Made by a program: the position numbers and the translations under genes. From Selaginella moellendorffii (Eukaryota; Plantae; Lycopodiophyta), in NCBI RefSeq assembly GCF_000143415.4, contig NW_003314439.1:80186-144185 (forward strand): a DNA stretch of 64,000 nt. The letters are read 5' to 3'. The first letter of the stretch is position 1; every line of letters starts with the position of its first letter. This document shows, one piece after another, positions 23,047 through 34,777 of the stretch. Below the pieces are notes generated by a model. The model had not been told where the DNA came from. It did not search any database and saw nothing but the letters and a program-made list of their open reading frames with translations.

Positions 23047-26000
23047 ATGTTCGTCAAGGAGATCAGTCTAGAGGGCTTCAAATCTTATGCGACGAGCACA
23101 TTCGTCTCAAATTTCGATCCCTGCTTCAACGCCATCACCGGCTTGAATGGCTCCGGGAAATCCAACATCCTGGACTCGATCTGCTTCGTGCTGGGGATTA
23201 CCAAGCTGGAACAGGTCCGCGCCAGTAATCTCAACGAGCTCGTCTACAAGCAGGGCCAGGCGGGTGTTACCAAGGCGACCGTCTCGGTCACTTTTGATAA
23301 CTCTGATCGTAGCCGAAGTCCTATTGGATTTGAAGATATGAGTGAGATCACTGTCACTCGCCAGGTACTGCCCCTTGCTTTGTTCTTTTGGGATTTTTCT
23401 ACTTAGATTCTTTTCTTTCTGTGCTTAATGAGCTTACTGGCTCTTTGGTGGGCTTACAGGTGGTTGTGGGTGGAAGAAATAAGTATCTTATCAATGGTCA
23501 TGTTGCGCAGCCCAGCAGAGTCCAGAATCTTTTCCATTCAGTCCAGCTCAATGTGAACAACCCGCATTTTCTGATCATGCAAGGCCGGATCACCAAAGTT
23601 CTCAACATGAAGCCCCATGAGATACTGTCGATGCTGGAAGAAGCTGCTGGGACCCGGATGTACGAGACGAAAAGAGTGGCAGCGCTGAAAACCTTGGAGA
23701 AGAAGCAGACTAAGGTGAACGAGATTGATCAGATGCTCGAACAAGAGATTCTTCCGGCACTGGACAAGCTCAAAAAGGAAAAGTGCCAGTACATGCAATG
23801 GGCAAAAGCTAACGAGGACATAGAACGGCTTGACAGGTTTTGCACTGCGTATCGTTACGTGGAGGCTGAGAAGATTAAGAATGCGGGAACCAGCGAGATA
23901 GATGCTCTGAAGTCCAAGATAGACGGTTTGCAGGAAAATATAAACACTATCGAAGCACAGATTCAAGATAAGGAGGCCACTATTCGGGAATTAACGTCTG
24001 CGAAGGAAAAGAAAACTGGTCAAGAGATGAAAGGTCTGGCTGATGTTGTTGACAAGCTTTCAAGTTCACTTGTCAAAGAAACATCGGCTTTTACAAACGA
24101 GAAAGATCTACTAGATGCCGAAAGAGTCTCAGCAGAGAGGGTACGAAGCACCTTTTTTTTTTTCTTCTAATTTGGCCTGAAGTGTTTTGCTGGCCTTGCA
24201 GCTTTTGAAGAACATGGCCGATTTGGACTGCCTTGTAGACCAGAAAGTTAACGCTATTCAAAAAGGAGACACCGAGTCGTCAGGGATTCGAGAAAAAACA
24301 AACAACCTTTCCAAATTGCTGGAGGAACTTGAAACAGAATACCAGGTACTGGAATGCGGTAACCGCTTTCTGAACTTTAATTGGTGTTTTCAGAGTGTTC
24401 AAGCTGGGAAAGGCGGAGGTGGAGATCAGAAGTCCCTGGCAGAACAACTTGCTGATGCAAAAGCTGCCGTTGGGCGGGCTAGCACAGAGTTAAAGCAAGT
24501 TAGCACCAAAATCCTGCACACCGAAAATGAGCTTAAAGAGAAAAAGAAGGCCCTGGAATCCAAAACGAAAGAAGCGTCTTCGCTGCAAGTCGAACTACAG
24601 TCGAGAAAAGCTGAAATCGACAAGATTTTAAAGACATTGGAGGGTGTAACTTATGAAAATGGTCACATGGAGCGACTGGAAGAGGTACTTTTCTCACTTG
24701 TTTGTCTTCCGTGTTTAGCCGTAAGTTTTGTTTCTCAGAGTCGGAAGCAAGAGCTTGAGATGGTTGAAAATCTGAAACAAGAAGTTAGCAATCTTGGGAG
24801 CAGTCTGGTTGGTGTAGAGTTTTCTTTCGAAGATCCCGTCAATAACTTTGATCGCCGTCGGGTAAAAGGTGTCGTAGCCCGACTTATACGTGTTGACGAT
24901 TCTACAGCTGTGGTGGCACTCGAGGTTTGTTACCTTATTCCTGCTTTAACTGATGTTTTGAATTATTTATGGCAGGTTGCAGCCGGAAGCAAACTTTATA
25001 ACGTTGTTGTGGATACAGAACAGACTGGTAAGCTGCTGCTTGAGAAAGGTAAATTGCGCCGGAGGGTTACGATCATTCCGCTTAACAAGATTCAAGCGAG
25101 CACGATACCATCCAGAGTTCAAGATGTGGCGGCCAGCATGGTACCAGTTGATGCATACTATTTGTTGATTCTTTGTTTTATAGGTAGGTCCAGAAAACTG
25201 TAGAACAGCGCTTTCGCTTGTGGGTTACGACCGCGAGCTTCAGGTAATTTTGTCCGGTTGCACATACGCCTTATTCTTGTTCACAGGCTGCGATGGGATT
25301 TGTGTTTGGTGGTACTTTCGTCTGCAAGACTACGGACGTCGCTAAACAGGTGGGTCTCGCACTTTGTGTTCCTTTTTAAAGTTATCTGGCAGGTTGCGTT
25401 TCACAAAGATACAAGGACTGCTTCTGTTACGTTAGACGGTGATATCTTTCAACCGAGTGGTTTACTTACTGGTGGCTCCCGGAAGTGCGTGCTCACTGTA
25501 CATTGCTGAGCTGCTAATAACTTTCCCATGTTGCAGAGGCGGCGGCGAGCTATTAAAGCAGCTCCATGCTTTATCGGAAGCCGAATCAAAACTAAGTACT
25601 CATCGGCATAAGTTAGCAGAAGTTGATGCCGAGGTATGCACTTATCTCTTCTTCTCCTTAAGCAGCCAGTTAATCAGTAAATTGTAGATTGCCAAAGTGA
25701 GTCCCATCCACAAGAAATATCAACAGTTGAAGTCCCAACTTGACCTCAAGCAGTATGACTTTTCACTATTTGAAAAGCGTGTAGAACAAAGCGAGCATCA
25801 CAAGGTAAAACTTGTTTTCAACAATCAGGTGGTCTGAGTTTGGTGTGCTGTACTGCAGCTTAGTGAAGCAGTAGCTGGTCTTGCAGCAGAACTGGATAAT
25901 TGGAAGAAGGAAGCTCATAAAAAGGAAGAGTATCACAAAGAATGCCTTGGTACCGCAGAAAACCTTGAGCAGGCAATTTCAGAGCATGGCCGAGGTCGTG

Positions 26001-27580
26001 AAGGTCGACTTAAGGCTTTAGATACCCAGATAAAAAGTGTAAAGCGCGAAGTGACGTCCGCATCTAAGGAGCTCAAGGTTTGTCATCGTTTTTTTCTCTA
26101 TCCTTTGGTCTGAAACAAGTTTTATAGGACCATGAAGGTCTGAAAGAGCGACTCATTATGGAAAAGGAGGCTGCAGTTCAAGAAAAGCAAGCACTACATA
26201 AGCAATGGACCGCGTCTGAGTCTCAAATAAAGAAGCTGGAAGCTGGTGTTGAGAAGCTTGCGTCAAAGGTTTTACCTTCGGTTTATTATTTCCTAGTGGA
26301 TGTTAATTTTTGCCTCTAAGGTGAGGGAGCTAGAGGAAGAGTATCGGAACGCAGAAGAACAGCTCAATCACGGGAGAGCTAAACTTAAGGAATGCGATTC
26401 TCAGATAAATGCTCTAGTCACAGAGCAGAATCAGCTGCGTCAAAGTCAAACTGAAGCCAATTTGGAAATCAAAAGAACCACTAATGAGGTAGGGAGAAAA
26501 TCTTGTACTTCAGGTGTTGACGTCCTGTTACCCTTGTCAAGATCAAGCGCATGGAGACAGATCAACGTAACAGTGCAGATACATTGCAGAAGCTGCGAAA
26601 AGATCATAAATGGATTGACACTGAGAAACAATTTTTTGGCAAGCCAGGCACAGACTACGACTTTAGTAGTCGCGATCCTAAAAGTGCTCGAGAAGAGCTT
26701 GAAAGGAAGAAAGCTGAGCAGAACAAGTAAGCGCAGATCACAGCTTCTTCCTCACTGACAGCGGTGCTATTTTGTAGCCTCGGCAAAAGAGTCAACACGA
26801 AGGTCATGACAATGTTCGAAAAAGCTGAACAAGAATGTAGTGAGCTGCTGAGGAAGAAAGGCCAAGTTCAGGTAAGCTAATCGTGAAATTTTTCTTTGCC
26901 GTGTGACGTGCATCGGCTGCTGGCAGGATGATAAAGCGAAAATCGAAGCGGTGATCAGGGAGCTTGATGAGAAGAAAAAAGAGACTCTAAAAGTTACTTG
27001 GCAACACGTGAACAAGTAAGCTAGCTTCAGCCGTTTTGCTTCATCCCAGCTTCATTGTTTTCAACACCAGGGATTTCGGATCCATTTTCTCCACATTGCT
27101 ACCGGGATCAATGGCAAAGCTGGAACCTCCGGAAGGCTGCGGCTTTCTGGATGGCCTCGAGGTTCGCGTTGGTTTTGGAGGGGTGTGGAAGCAGTCCCTC
27201 TCGGAACTAAGCGGAGGCCAGCGCTCCCTCATAGCACTGTCGATCATACTGGCATTACTGCTCTACAAACCAGCTCCGATCTACATCCTGGACGAGGTAA
27301 GGAAGCAACCTCATCGCATCTTTACAAGATTCGCTATCAGGTGGACGCAGCACTCGACCTCAGTCACACCCAGAACATAGGCCGAATGATAAAGACACAC
27401 TTTCCTCACTCCCAGGTATTGGCTTGTGCTGAAGTCACATTCTACTTCACATCTATCTCCCTTGTTCCTCAGTTCATCGTGGTCTCTTTGAAAGAGGGGA
27501 TGTTTAACAACGCAAACGTTATCTTCCGTACTAAGTTCGTGGATGGAGTGTCAACCGTAACAAGGACAGGCAAATCATAG
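23047..27580 (+). CDS. SMC2: Structural maintenance of chromosomes 2 (condensin subunit), multi-exon
   Basis: [29 protein letters not shown] (Walker A), [25 protein letters not shown], hinge [20 protein letters not shown] signature, [19 protein letters not shown]; many short introns. Confidence 0.97.
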
Positions 27581-27829
27581 GCAACTTGCGGGGGGAACGA
27601 ATATACCTATTAGAAGATTCCTTAATCACATTAATATTTTTTGTTATAGATTGTTACATGAATCTAGTGTTCATCCTTGCCATGACTGTAGAAAGGGTGG
27701 AAATAATTGAAGTATTGTTTGATTGACATGGCAACTAAGGTGGATAAAACTCAGCCATATGGCAAATTTTAAGGAGAATCACAAGGTGGATAATATTCGA
27801 GCTCTCCATAATTCTTCGTGCAATGCAGC

Positions 27830-28119
27830 CATGGCTAGTGTCCTCCTTCCAGCACTCAAGCAATGCAGGTGTAAGAAGTATTGTGCCCGTCCTTTCACAG
27901 CTCAAGTCTTCTAGAGATATAGACGAGGCAAGGAAAATCCATGCTAGTGTTATCAACAATGGTTTGGAAGACAATCTCTACGTTGCTAGCAGCCTTGTCA
28001 CCGTCTACTCCAGGTGTGGCAGTCTGGTGAACGCCAGCAAAATGTTCCACAAAACGAAGCACCACAACGCTATCCACATTCAGGCATATGCCGTGAGTGG
28101 GGCTTTAGAAAACCTGTGA
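27830..28119 (+). pseudogene. Short PPR gene fragment
   Basis: DEARKIHASVINNGLEDNLYVASSLVTVYSRCGSLVNASKMF, a single PLS-type segment followed by a stop. Confidence 0.6.
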
Positions 28120-28407
28120 GGAGGGGGGAAATAAAAATAAAACTGGAGTGTATAAAATTAATTCAATGTATATTTCAAAATGCATTTAAGATTGGTAAAG
28201 AGATTAGTAAATACAAGAAGAAAAAGCAAAACATTTTAAAACTTATATTACCAAAAGAATTCTAATAGTTATTAGCCAAAATAGCAGTCAATTCAAACTC
28301 ATTTAGTATGCTATTGTAAAGGACGATGACAGTATGATAAAATCAAAGCTGGGGTAATTTAATTTTGGATATAAAACATGCCTTCTTGATCCAGGAATGA
28401 CAACAGA

Positions 28408-29361
28408 ATGAATTACACTACTGAAATGCTTGTGATCGTATCAGTTTTGTTCCAACTTTCACTCTCTCAGCCATTCCCACCCCCGGCAGTTCCGAGAGTT
28501 TTACCACAAGTATCATATTTGAGCATGGCATATTATCTATCACAGGTTGAATTTGAAAGTCTTTTAGATGCTATAACCAATTATATTTCATCATTTTCTA
28601 CCCTGGAAAGATATTATCTCCAAAGCTGGTCATTCACGCATAGTCTTAGTCGATTCGGAATAAGAATTGTTCTTGCTGTGAGCACACCACATATTTCAAC
28701 TGATACTGCAATTCCTTTGGTGTGTACACAGGGTGGGGTGCGGACAATGCAATATGGTGGTGCTACTTTGTGGGCCTATTTTTCTACCCTACGTGATGCA
28801 TTGAGAGAACAAGCGGCATCCAACAATGAGAGGACATTTTTCTGTGGGGCTATAAGAGTAGAATATATGAATTTTAGGATCGAATACACAATTCTAAGTT
28901 ATCAGGATAGTTTGCATGGTCTTCTACATACAAACATAGTTTCTAATCTTGATGATAATGATCAGGGAAGCTGCTGGATATTCAGGTCTGGGCTCTCTGG
29001 AGGTGACTATGGCGTTGTGGGTTCTTACATTTTACCAGAAAATAGTTTAGTCTCTGGTAATAACAAGTACAAATTAACTCTAGAAATGAACTGTAAACTT
29101 GTTTTATACAAAATGGGTCATATTATTATATGGGAGAGTCCAAACACATCACATATTTGCTACTGTGCGATATTAAAAAGAGATGGCAATCTTTTCATAG
29201 TTGACAAGGGAAAGGGTATCCTATGGCACACAAATATATATTGTCATGACAATAAGCATTCTTGCGTGATAACGGCAAGTTTATTGGTAACTGACTATGG
29301 CAATGTAGAAATAGTTGATACAGACAATCAAGAACTCTTGTGGAGAGCCCTGGGAAATTAG
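28408..29361 (+). CDS. Putative secreted protein: unknown N-terminal domain plus C-terminal bulb-type (GNA-like) lectin domain
   Basis: Hydrophobic N-terminus (MLVIVSVLFQLSLS); C-terminal LVSGNNKYKLTL..CKLVLY..IIW..LKRDGNLFI..ILW..LLVTDYGNVEI..LLW fits the B-lectin pattern; intronless and AT-rich. Confidence 0.7.
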   Translation: MNYTTEMLVIVSVLFQLSLSQPFPPPAVPRVLPQVSYLSMAYYLSQVEFESLLDAITNYISSFSTLERYYLQSWSFTHSLSRFGIRIVLAVSTPHISTDTAIPLVCTQGGVRTMQYGGATLWAYFSTLRDALREQAASNNERTFFCGAIRVEYMNFRIEYTILSYQDSLHGLLHTNIVSNLDDNDQGSCWIFRSGLSGGDYGVVGSYILPENSLVSGNNKYKLTLEMNCKLVLYKMGHIIIWESPNTSHICYCAILKRDGNLFIVDKGKGILWHTNIYCHDNKHSCVITASLLVTDYGNVEIVDTDNQELLWRALGN

Positions 29362-30209
29362 ATTTGGATTCAAAGGAGTCAGAATGAATTCAAGAGATTG
29401 TTGCTAAGTTCTCGTCTTGTCCTAAGAAAACATATAACAGAATAGTGATGCTGATGAAATCTTGAAGAAACAATGGTATTCGGAACCAAAATCCCCTGGC
29501 GACAGCCTTAGATAGAGGAGATTAGGGCAGGATTAGGCAAGTTCTATTTTTTAGATCTCCACCATCCTTCTGCTTTTGAACTTCTATTAGTTCAATAAAA
29601 GTATATTATGTGTCACTTAACTAGCTTATTCCTATTGTCAAAAGGCATGTATTTGCTCATTGGGAATATGCTTGACTTGCCATATTACTGAAGGTGGGAC
29701 AACCTTTAACCTCTTCTTCATAGGCAAACATGTATAAACAACTTGTATTATTGCTTATATCAGACAAACAGGTTTATTAATCCAATAAAAGTATGTTATG
29801 TGTCATTAACTGGTTTATGCTTGCTATTAATGGGCCATGTATTGCCTCAACAGGCTCAGAACACACTCCCCAAACTCTCCCTACCCATGAACCAATCTTC
29901 ACAAGCTAATTAAGTGGATCACACCACTTTCTTGGTGGTAGCCCATGTGCTTGATGTGGCTGATATAACAAACAAATTGGCCTCTGGAACCCTCTCATCT
30001 TTATTATCAACTTGGAAAATCGAGATCTTCTCAAAAGAGCTAAAGCCGATGGGAATCGAAGGTGCTTGAGTTGAGCATACCAAATATTGCAACTGATATT
30101 GCAATTCCTTTGATATGTACACTAGGGTCTGGATTCAAGTGAAAACAATTGCTATTCGTCCTAGACAAATAAAAGAACAACTGTATTGGAGATGAAAGAA
30201 TAGAGACGC

Positions 30210-31517
30210 TTACCCAATGCTGACGAGATCGTGAAGAAACAATGGTATTCGATTGCTTTTACTAGGAATCAAAATCGTGGGAGTTAGATGGACTACCTGC
30301 AATGCTTCATTGGTTCGATCGCTTCGCTGAAGAAATGATAGTGGCGTTAGACCTACGAAGAGAGCTCTAAGCTCTTTCTTACCACTGTGGAAGCTCAACG
30401 AGGCCAGATCCAGGAGACGCTGGAGAGAGCTGGCGACGATCTTTTGCAGCTTCACGTCCTTGCACTGTGGACTTGACGAGACCGAGTGGAGCTGCTTCAC
30501 CACCTGAGCACAGATCCGATCTGTGTAGGCGACGAAGAGGAAGTTTAGCCGGTTGGATCGGAGCATGGCCTCCTTGGTCCGGAAGAACTCCGCCACGAAT
30601 TCTTCCAGCAAGTCGGGATCCAGCATCGACTTTTCCAGCCAGCCAGTGAAGGGAAAATCCAGCACCTTGGAGATGAGCTCGAGAAGAAAGTAGGAATTCT
30701 CGAGCAGCTGGGTGGTGTCCTCCGCGAATGGATCTCTCGCCTGCGACAGCGCCTCGGCAATGACTGCGAGCTGGCCAGATACGTCGGTCAGGATCCTGTG
30801 GCCGATGCAAGGAACTTCGGCGAGGTGGAGGAGGACCTTCTCGATGAAAGGCCTGTGATCGAGCTTGAGAGCGTCGTCCTTGGATTTCTCTGCCGAGTCC
30901 GTGAAGCTCATCACCTTGCCGACGAGGCTCCCAATCAATCTCTTCGTGGCGCTCTGGGCCGCCGTGGAGAATCTCTCGCCGCCAATGCTGGAGACACAGC
31001 TCTCAAAGAAATCCACAGCCTGGTGGAGCCACACGGAGAAAAGCTGGACGTTCGTACTTGACACGAGCTCGACGATGAGATTCGCCATCTCCGTCAAACG
31101 ACGAGCCCTCTCTTCGTCCTGTTCTTGGTTGCCGGCATCGAGGAGGCGGCGTTTCTTGCAGCCATTGAGGAATCGGACGCAGTCCATGAGGCGAGCGACA
31201 GATTCCTCGTGGAACTCCGGTTGCGCCAGGATATTTCGCTGCAGGCGAGGAGGCGGAGTGGAAGAATCCGTGAAGCACTTGCACAGGACGCGCGGCACCA
31301 GCGGCTCCGCGGAGCTGGAGCGCAACCTCTCGATCTCGCTCCGGAGCAGCGAAATTTCATCCTTGAGCCGCTTCTTGGCCGCAATGCCACCGCGATCCGC
31401 CCCGCCGCGGGACTTGACGATCGCAACGGCCAGCGCCAGGCGCACTGCCTGGTACGACTGCGCTGGCTGTGGCTGTGGATCCACATCCATACCTGGCAAC
31501 GCGCTCGCCTCGAGCAT
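30210..31517 (-). CDS. PRD2: PRD2/MULTIPOLAR SPINDLE 1-like meiotic DSB protein (MEI4-like); 3' end uncertain
   Basis: AVRLALAVAIVKSR, LCKCF, WLHQAVDF, PCIGHRIL..VS..LAVIAE....DPF and LFVAYTDRI match recalled PRD2/MPS1 blocks; possible splice donor near 30382. Confidence 0.7.
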   Translation of the reverse strand: MLEASALPGMDVDPQPQPAQSYQAVRLALAVAIVKSRGGADRGGIAAKKRLKDEISLLRSEIERLRSSSAEPLVPRVLCKCFTDSSTPPPRLQRNILAQPEFHEESVARLMDCVRFLNGCKKRRLLDAGNQEQDEERARRLTEMANLIVELVSSTNVQLFSVWLHQAVDFFESCVSSIGGERFSTAAQSATKRLIGSLVGKVMSFTDSAEKSKDDALKLDHRPFIEKVLLHLAEVPCIGHRILTDVSGQLAVIAEALSQARDPFAEDTTQLLENSYFLLELISKVLDFPFTGWLEKSMLDPDLLEEFVAEFFRTKEAMLRSNRLNFLFVAYTDRICAQVVKQLHSVSSSPQCKDVKLQKIVASSLQRLLDLASLSFHSGKKELRALFVGLTPLSFLQRSDRTNEALQVVHLTPTILIPSKSNRIPLFLHDLVSIG

Positions 31518-31673
31518 TCCTCCACCCCGCTCTTTTTCTTAGGGTTCTTCAGCTTCAAAACCCCGTCCGTCTCCCGCCCATCATGGCCGTCGATGCCAGG
31601 TTCAGAACAGACGGCCACGATGCGATTAAAACCAACGCCTGAGATTTGCAGTTTCTGATCTAGCGGCTGGGGT

Positions 31674-32583
31674 TCAAACTCTTCGATTGCAACGCACCCT
31701 CAGAAAAATGCCTCCTCCTGACCCCTTTCCAACGACGATTTCTTCGTCCGCGTAGAACCAGATGAAGAAAGGATCTTTGTTCCCGGGCTCTCGATCCAGC
31801 TCTTCTTTCTTGCTGATCGCGAATTGGAAGGGGCCGAGAGGCCCAACCTTGACGCTCAGGGAATCGAAGATGAAGAAGAGCTTGTTCTTGGACCATGAGA
31901 AGCGTCCCATGAATTCTAGCACACCAAGAGGGCCGAGGTAGAGCCCGTTTAGTATGCTCTTTGTCTGTGATGATCCACATTGTTAACGACCAATCCTTGT
32001 GAAAGCTTTTGGAAACTTACAGTGGCATTGTATTGCTGCACAGCGGTGAATGGGACGTATGTGCCACCTCCACCACCACCTTTCAAAGCTTCTCTCACCT
32101 TCAAATTGAAAGCAAAAATTAAGAGCAAAGTTCTAGATTTGTGACAAGTTTTCTTACCACTTTGGCTCCAGAAGCGAACACAAGCATCCAGCACCTTGGC
32201 TCAGCTCCACTACTTCCTCCCAAAGTCTCTAGAAAATTGGATGGATCCACGCGGGCTTTCTCCAAAACTCTAAATGCCGCAAACACCTCTGGAGCTGGGA
32301 TTTTCTTGCTCTTGGCAGCGGCCTTTAGCACCAGAACGCTCTCCTCGACTTTGCTATCCACTTCCCCCACTGAACGATTGTGAAAGAAAGCTTTCTAGAA
32401 TTTCTATACGAGTGAAAATTTACCTTGAGATTCTCCACTCGCAACCCTGGCATGAAAATTTCTACTTCTGGTACTTATAACTTTCCTGTCCGCTTTGAGA
32501 GCTCCAAATCCCAGCGTACTATGGCGAGGATTTAAACATGAGTATTGACTCAAGCCTTTCGCCCATTCCACTCCCATCTCCAT
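31674..32583 (-). CDS. Plastid fibrillin-like protein (At1g18060-like), multi-exon
   Basis: VLKAAAKSKKI..EVFAAF..LEKARVDPSNFLETLGG, YVPFTAVQ, GRFSW, KDPFFIWFYADEEIVVGKG. Confidence 0.75.
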
Positions 32584-32630
32584 AAATGATAAGGGCATAA
32601 AGCTAAGATCCTATAACGCATATTCTTTCA

Positions 32631-32720
32631 CACGTCATCGTGTTTAAGATACACACGTCATCACGGTTTAAGGCGCAAAACCTTGACACGTCAGCTGCAT
32701 TCAACGATGCGGCCACGTGG
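32631..32720. promoter_or_regulatory. Cluster of four ACGT-core elements upstream of the fibrillin-like gene
   Basis: CACGTC at 32631, 32654, 32687 and CCACGTGG at 32713-32720. Confidence 0.45.
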
Positions 32721-34777
32721 ACGAGCGGGAAATCAACAAGAACCCTAAAATTTAGATCAAAGGATTTCTCTCAAAGCTCGAAGCGACTCCATCTCATCCT
32801 TGCAAATCGCCCTCCACTTCTCCACCACAATCTCGTGCGCCCGGCGCAGCTGCCGCGGATTATCCTCGAGCTGCCGCGCATCCACCGCGCCACAGATCCT
32901 CATCACCTTGGACGCCGGCGGCAGGAAATCCCCCTCCACATCGTCCATGCTCGGCTCCCTCGCCAGGTACTCCATCCTCGCCTCCACAAGCCTCCTCATC
33001 GCGTGCCTCGATCCAGCGCTCCCGCTCGCGATCGCTTTCTCCACAAATCCCTCCTCCACCATCCTCTTCACCATATTCATCCTCTTGCTCGCCAGCTCCA
33101 CCACCCTCTCGAGCACTCCCTCGTCCTCGAGCCAAAACAGCGCCATCTCCAGGAACTCCTTTTGCTCCGCCCAAGTCATGTAATTCTTCCACGTCGTGAA
33201 CTGCCTGATCTTCTCGCCCTTCTGATTGAGGGGCGAGGGATCCCCGGCCCAGGAATTCAGCTCCGCCTTGTCCATCACCTCCGCAAGCTCCACCTTGCAG
33301 AGCTCGCAAAACAGCCGCTTCATCTCCGCCTTGTCCTTCAAGCCCATCAACCGCCCAGCTCTTAGCATCGCCCTGACCACCTCACCGCGACAGTGCTCGC
33401 TGGTTCTCACACGTAAGTTCTCAGGCTTGTCGAGCAGCATGAGCAGCATGACGTCGGGTTCATCGAGCCACTGCCGCCAGGGCTGGTATTGCTCCGCCTT
33501 CTCTGGGAAGCCGGGCAGCTGCAAAGACTTTGCCGCAAATGCCCGCGCCACTTCCAGATGTCCCAGAGCTTCCAGCTGCAGCGCGAACTCGAGAATCCCA
33601 CCGATGAACCTCATCTCGCTCGCCTTTGCATCGCGGGATGATGGATCACTGGAGCTTACCGCCACCCTCTGCTCCTCCCACAGGACCTCCACCTCCGTCA
33701 TGCGCTCCGGGAAGTGGTGCACCACCATAGCCATCATCCGGAAGCTCAGCACCGCCAGGGGGACCTTTCCAAGGATCTGGGAGGCCTCGTCGCGGAGCCC
33801 GTTGGCGAGGCAAAAGTCGAGCAGGCTCTGGACACCACCTTCCGGCTGGAACCCCTGGCTATCCCTACCAAAGCTGGATTGCCATGGCGCTGGCCCGTAC
33901 TGCGGCTGCTCCGAGGTGGCGACGCTCCGGCAGAGCAGCTTGGCAGCCGCGACCGCCCCGTCGTTGCATCCGCAGCGGTGCAGCTTCCACGGAAGGAATC
34001 CACTGTGAAACACGCCGACGAGCGCCGTCTCCACGATCTCTCGGCACGCCTCCCAGCCGTAGGCATGCACTGCTCTCGCAAACTCGTCGAGACTGATCAG
34101 CTCCGCCACCCAGGTCCTGAGGATCGCAAAGGCCGACTCGCGAAGCCCCGACTTCACGCACAGCTCGAGCAGCATCGCGGGCTCTCGATAGAGTTCCTGG
34201 AAATTCTTGCTCATGTTCCTTGCCAGTCGCCAGTGCATGTCGTTCTGCCTCGTTTGACCCCACGGAGCAACCGAAGCGAACTTCCGCGTTAACCCGTCCA
34301 CTGCCTCTTCCAAGAACCTCCGGGGCTCCTCCATAGCTGCGAACTCGTCCCCGTAAATCTCCCGCAGCCACTCGAGCACCCAAGAGATGTCCCCGAGCGA
34401 CGGGCAGATCGTCGAGCTCCTCGCCACCTTTGGCCACACCACCAGCGCCGCGACGTGGTAAAAGTACTGCTCGCTGCCACCCTCGTTGCCCGCCATCATC
34501 TCCGTGCCGCGGAACTCGTCCTCGATGAAATCAAACACGTCCCGCTCGTTCCTCTGGTCTTCAACCTCGCCCTCGGCCTCTTCGTCCTCCATGATCATCC
34601 CTGCGGGCGGTGGAGCACACCTGAGAACCTGCCGCGTGAAATCGATGTGCCACTGCTTGAACTTGGCCGGCTGGTCGTCGATGGAGAGCCAGTTATCGAT
34701 CACGTACTCGTTCTGGAAGTAGTCCGTCACGGTCTTGTGCTTGGTGAGCATGCACAGATGGAGATCCAGGAACTCGC

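Noticed and set aside
23047-31517. SMC2 and PRD2 as a meiotic gene cluster
   Set aside because: Two genes in a gene-dense genome; chance adjacency is sufficient.
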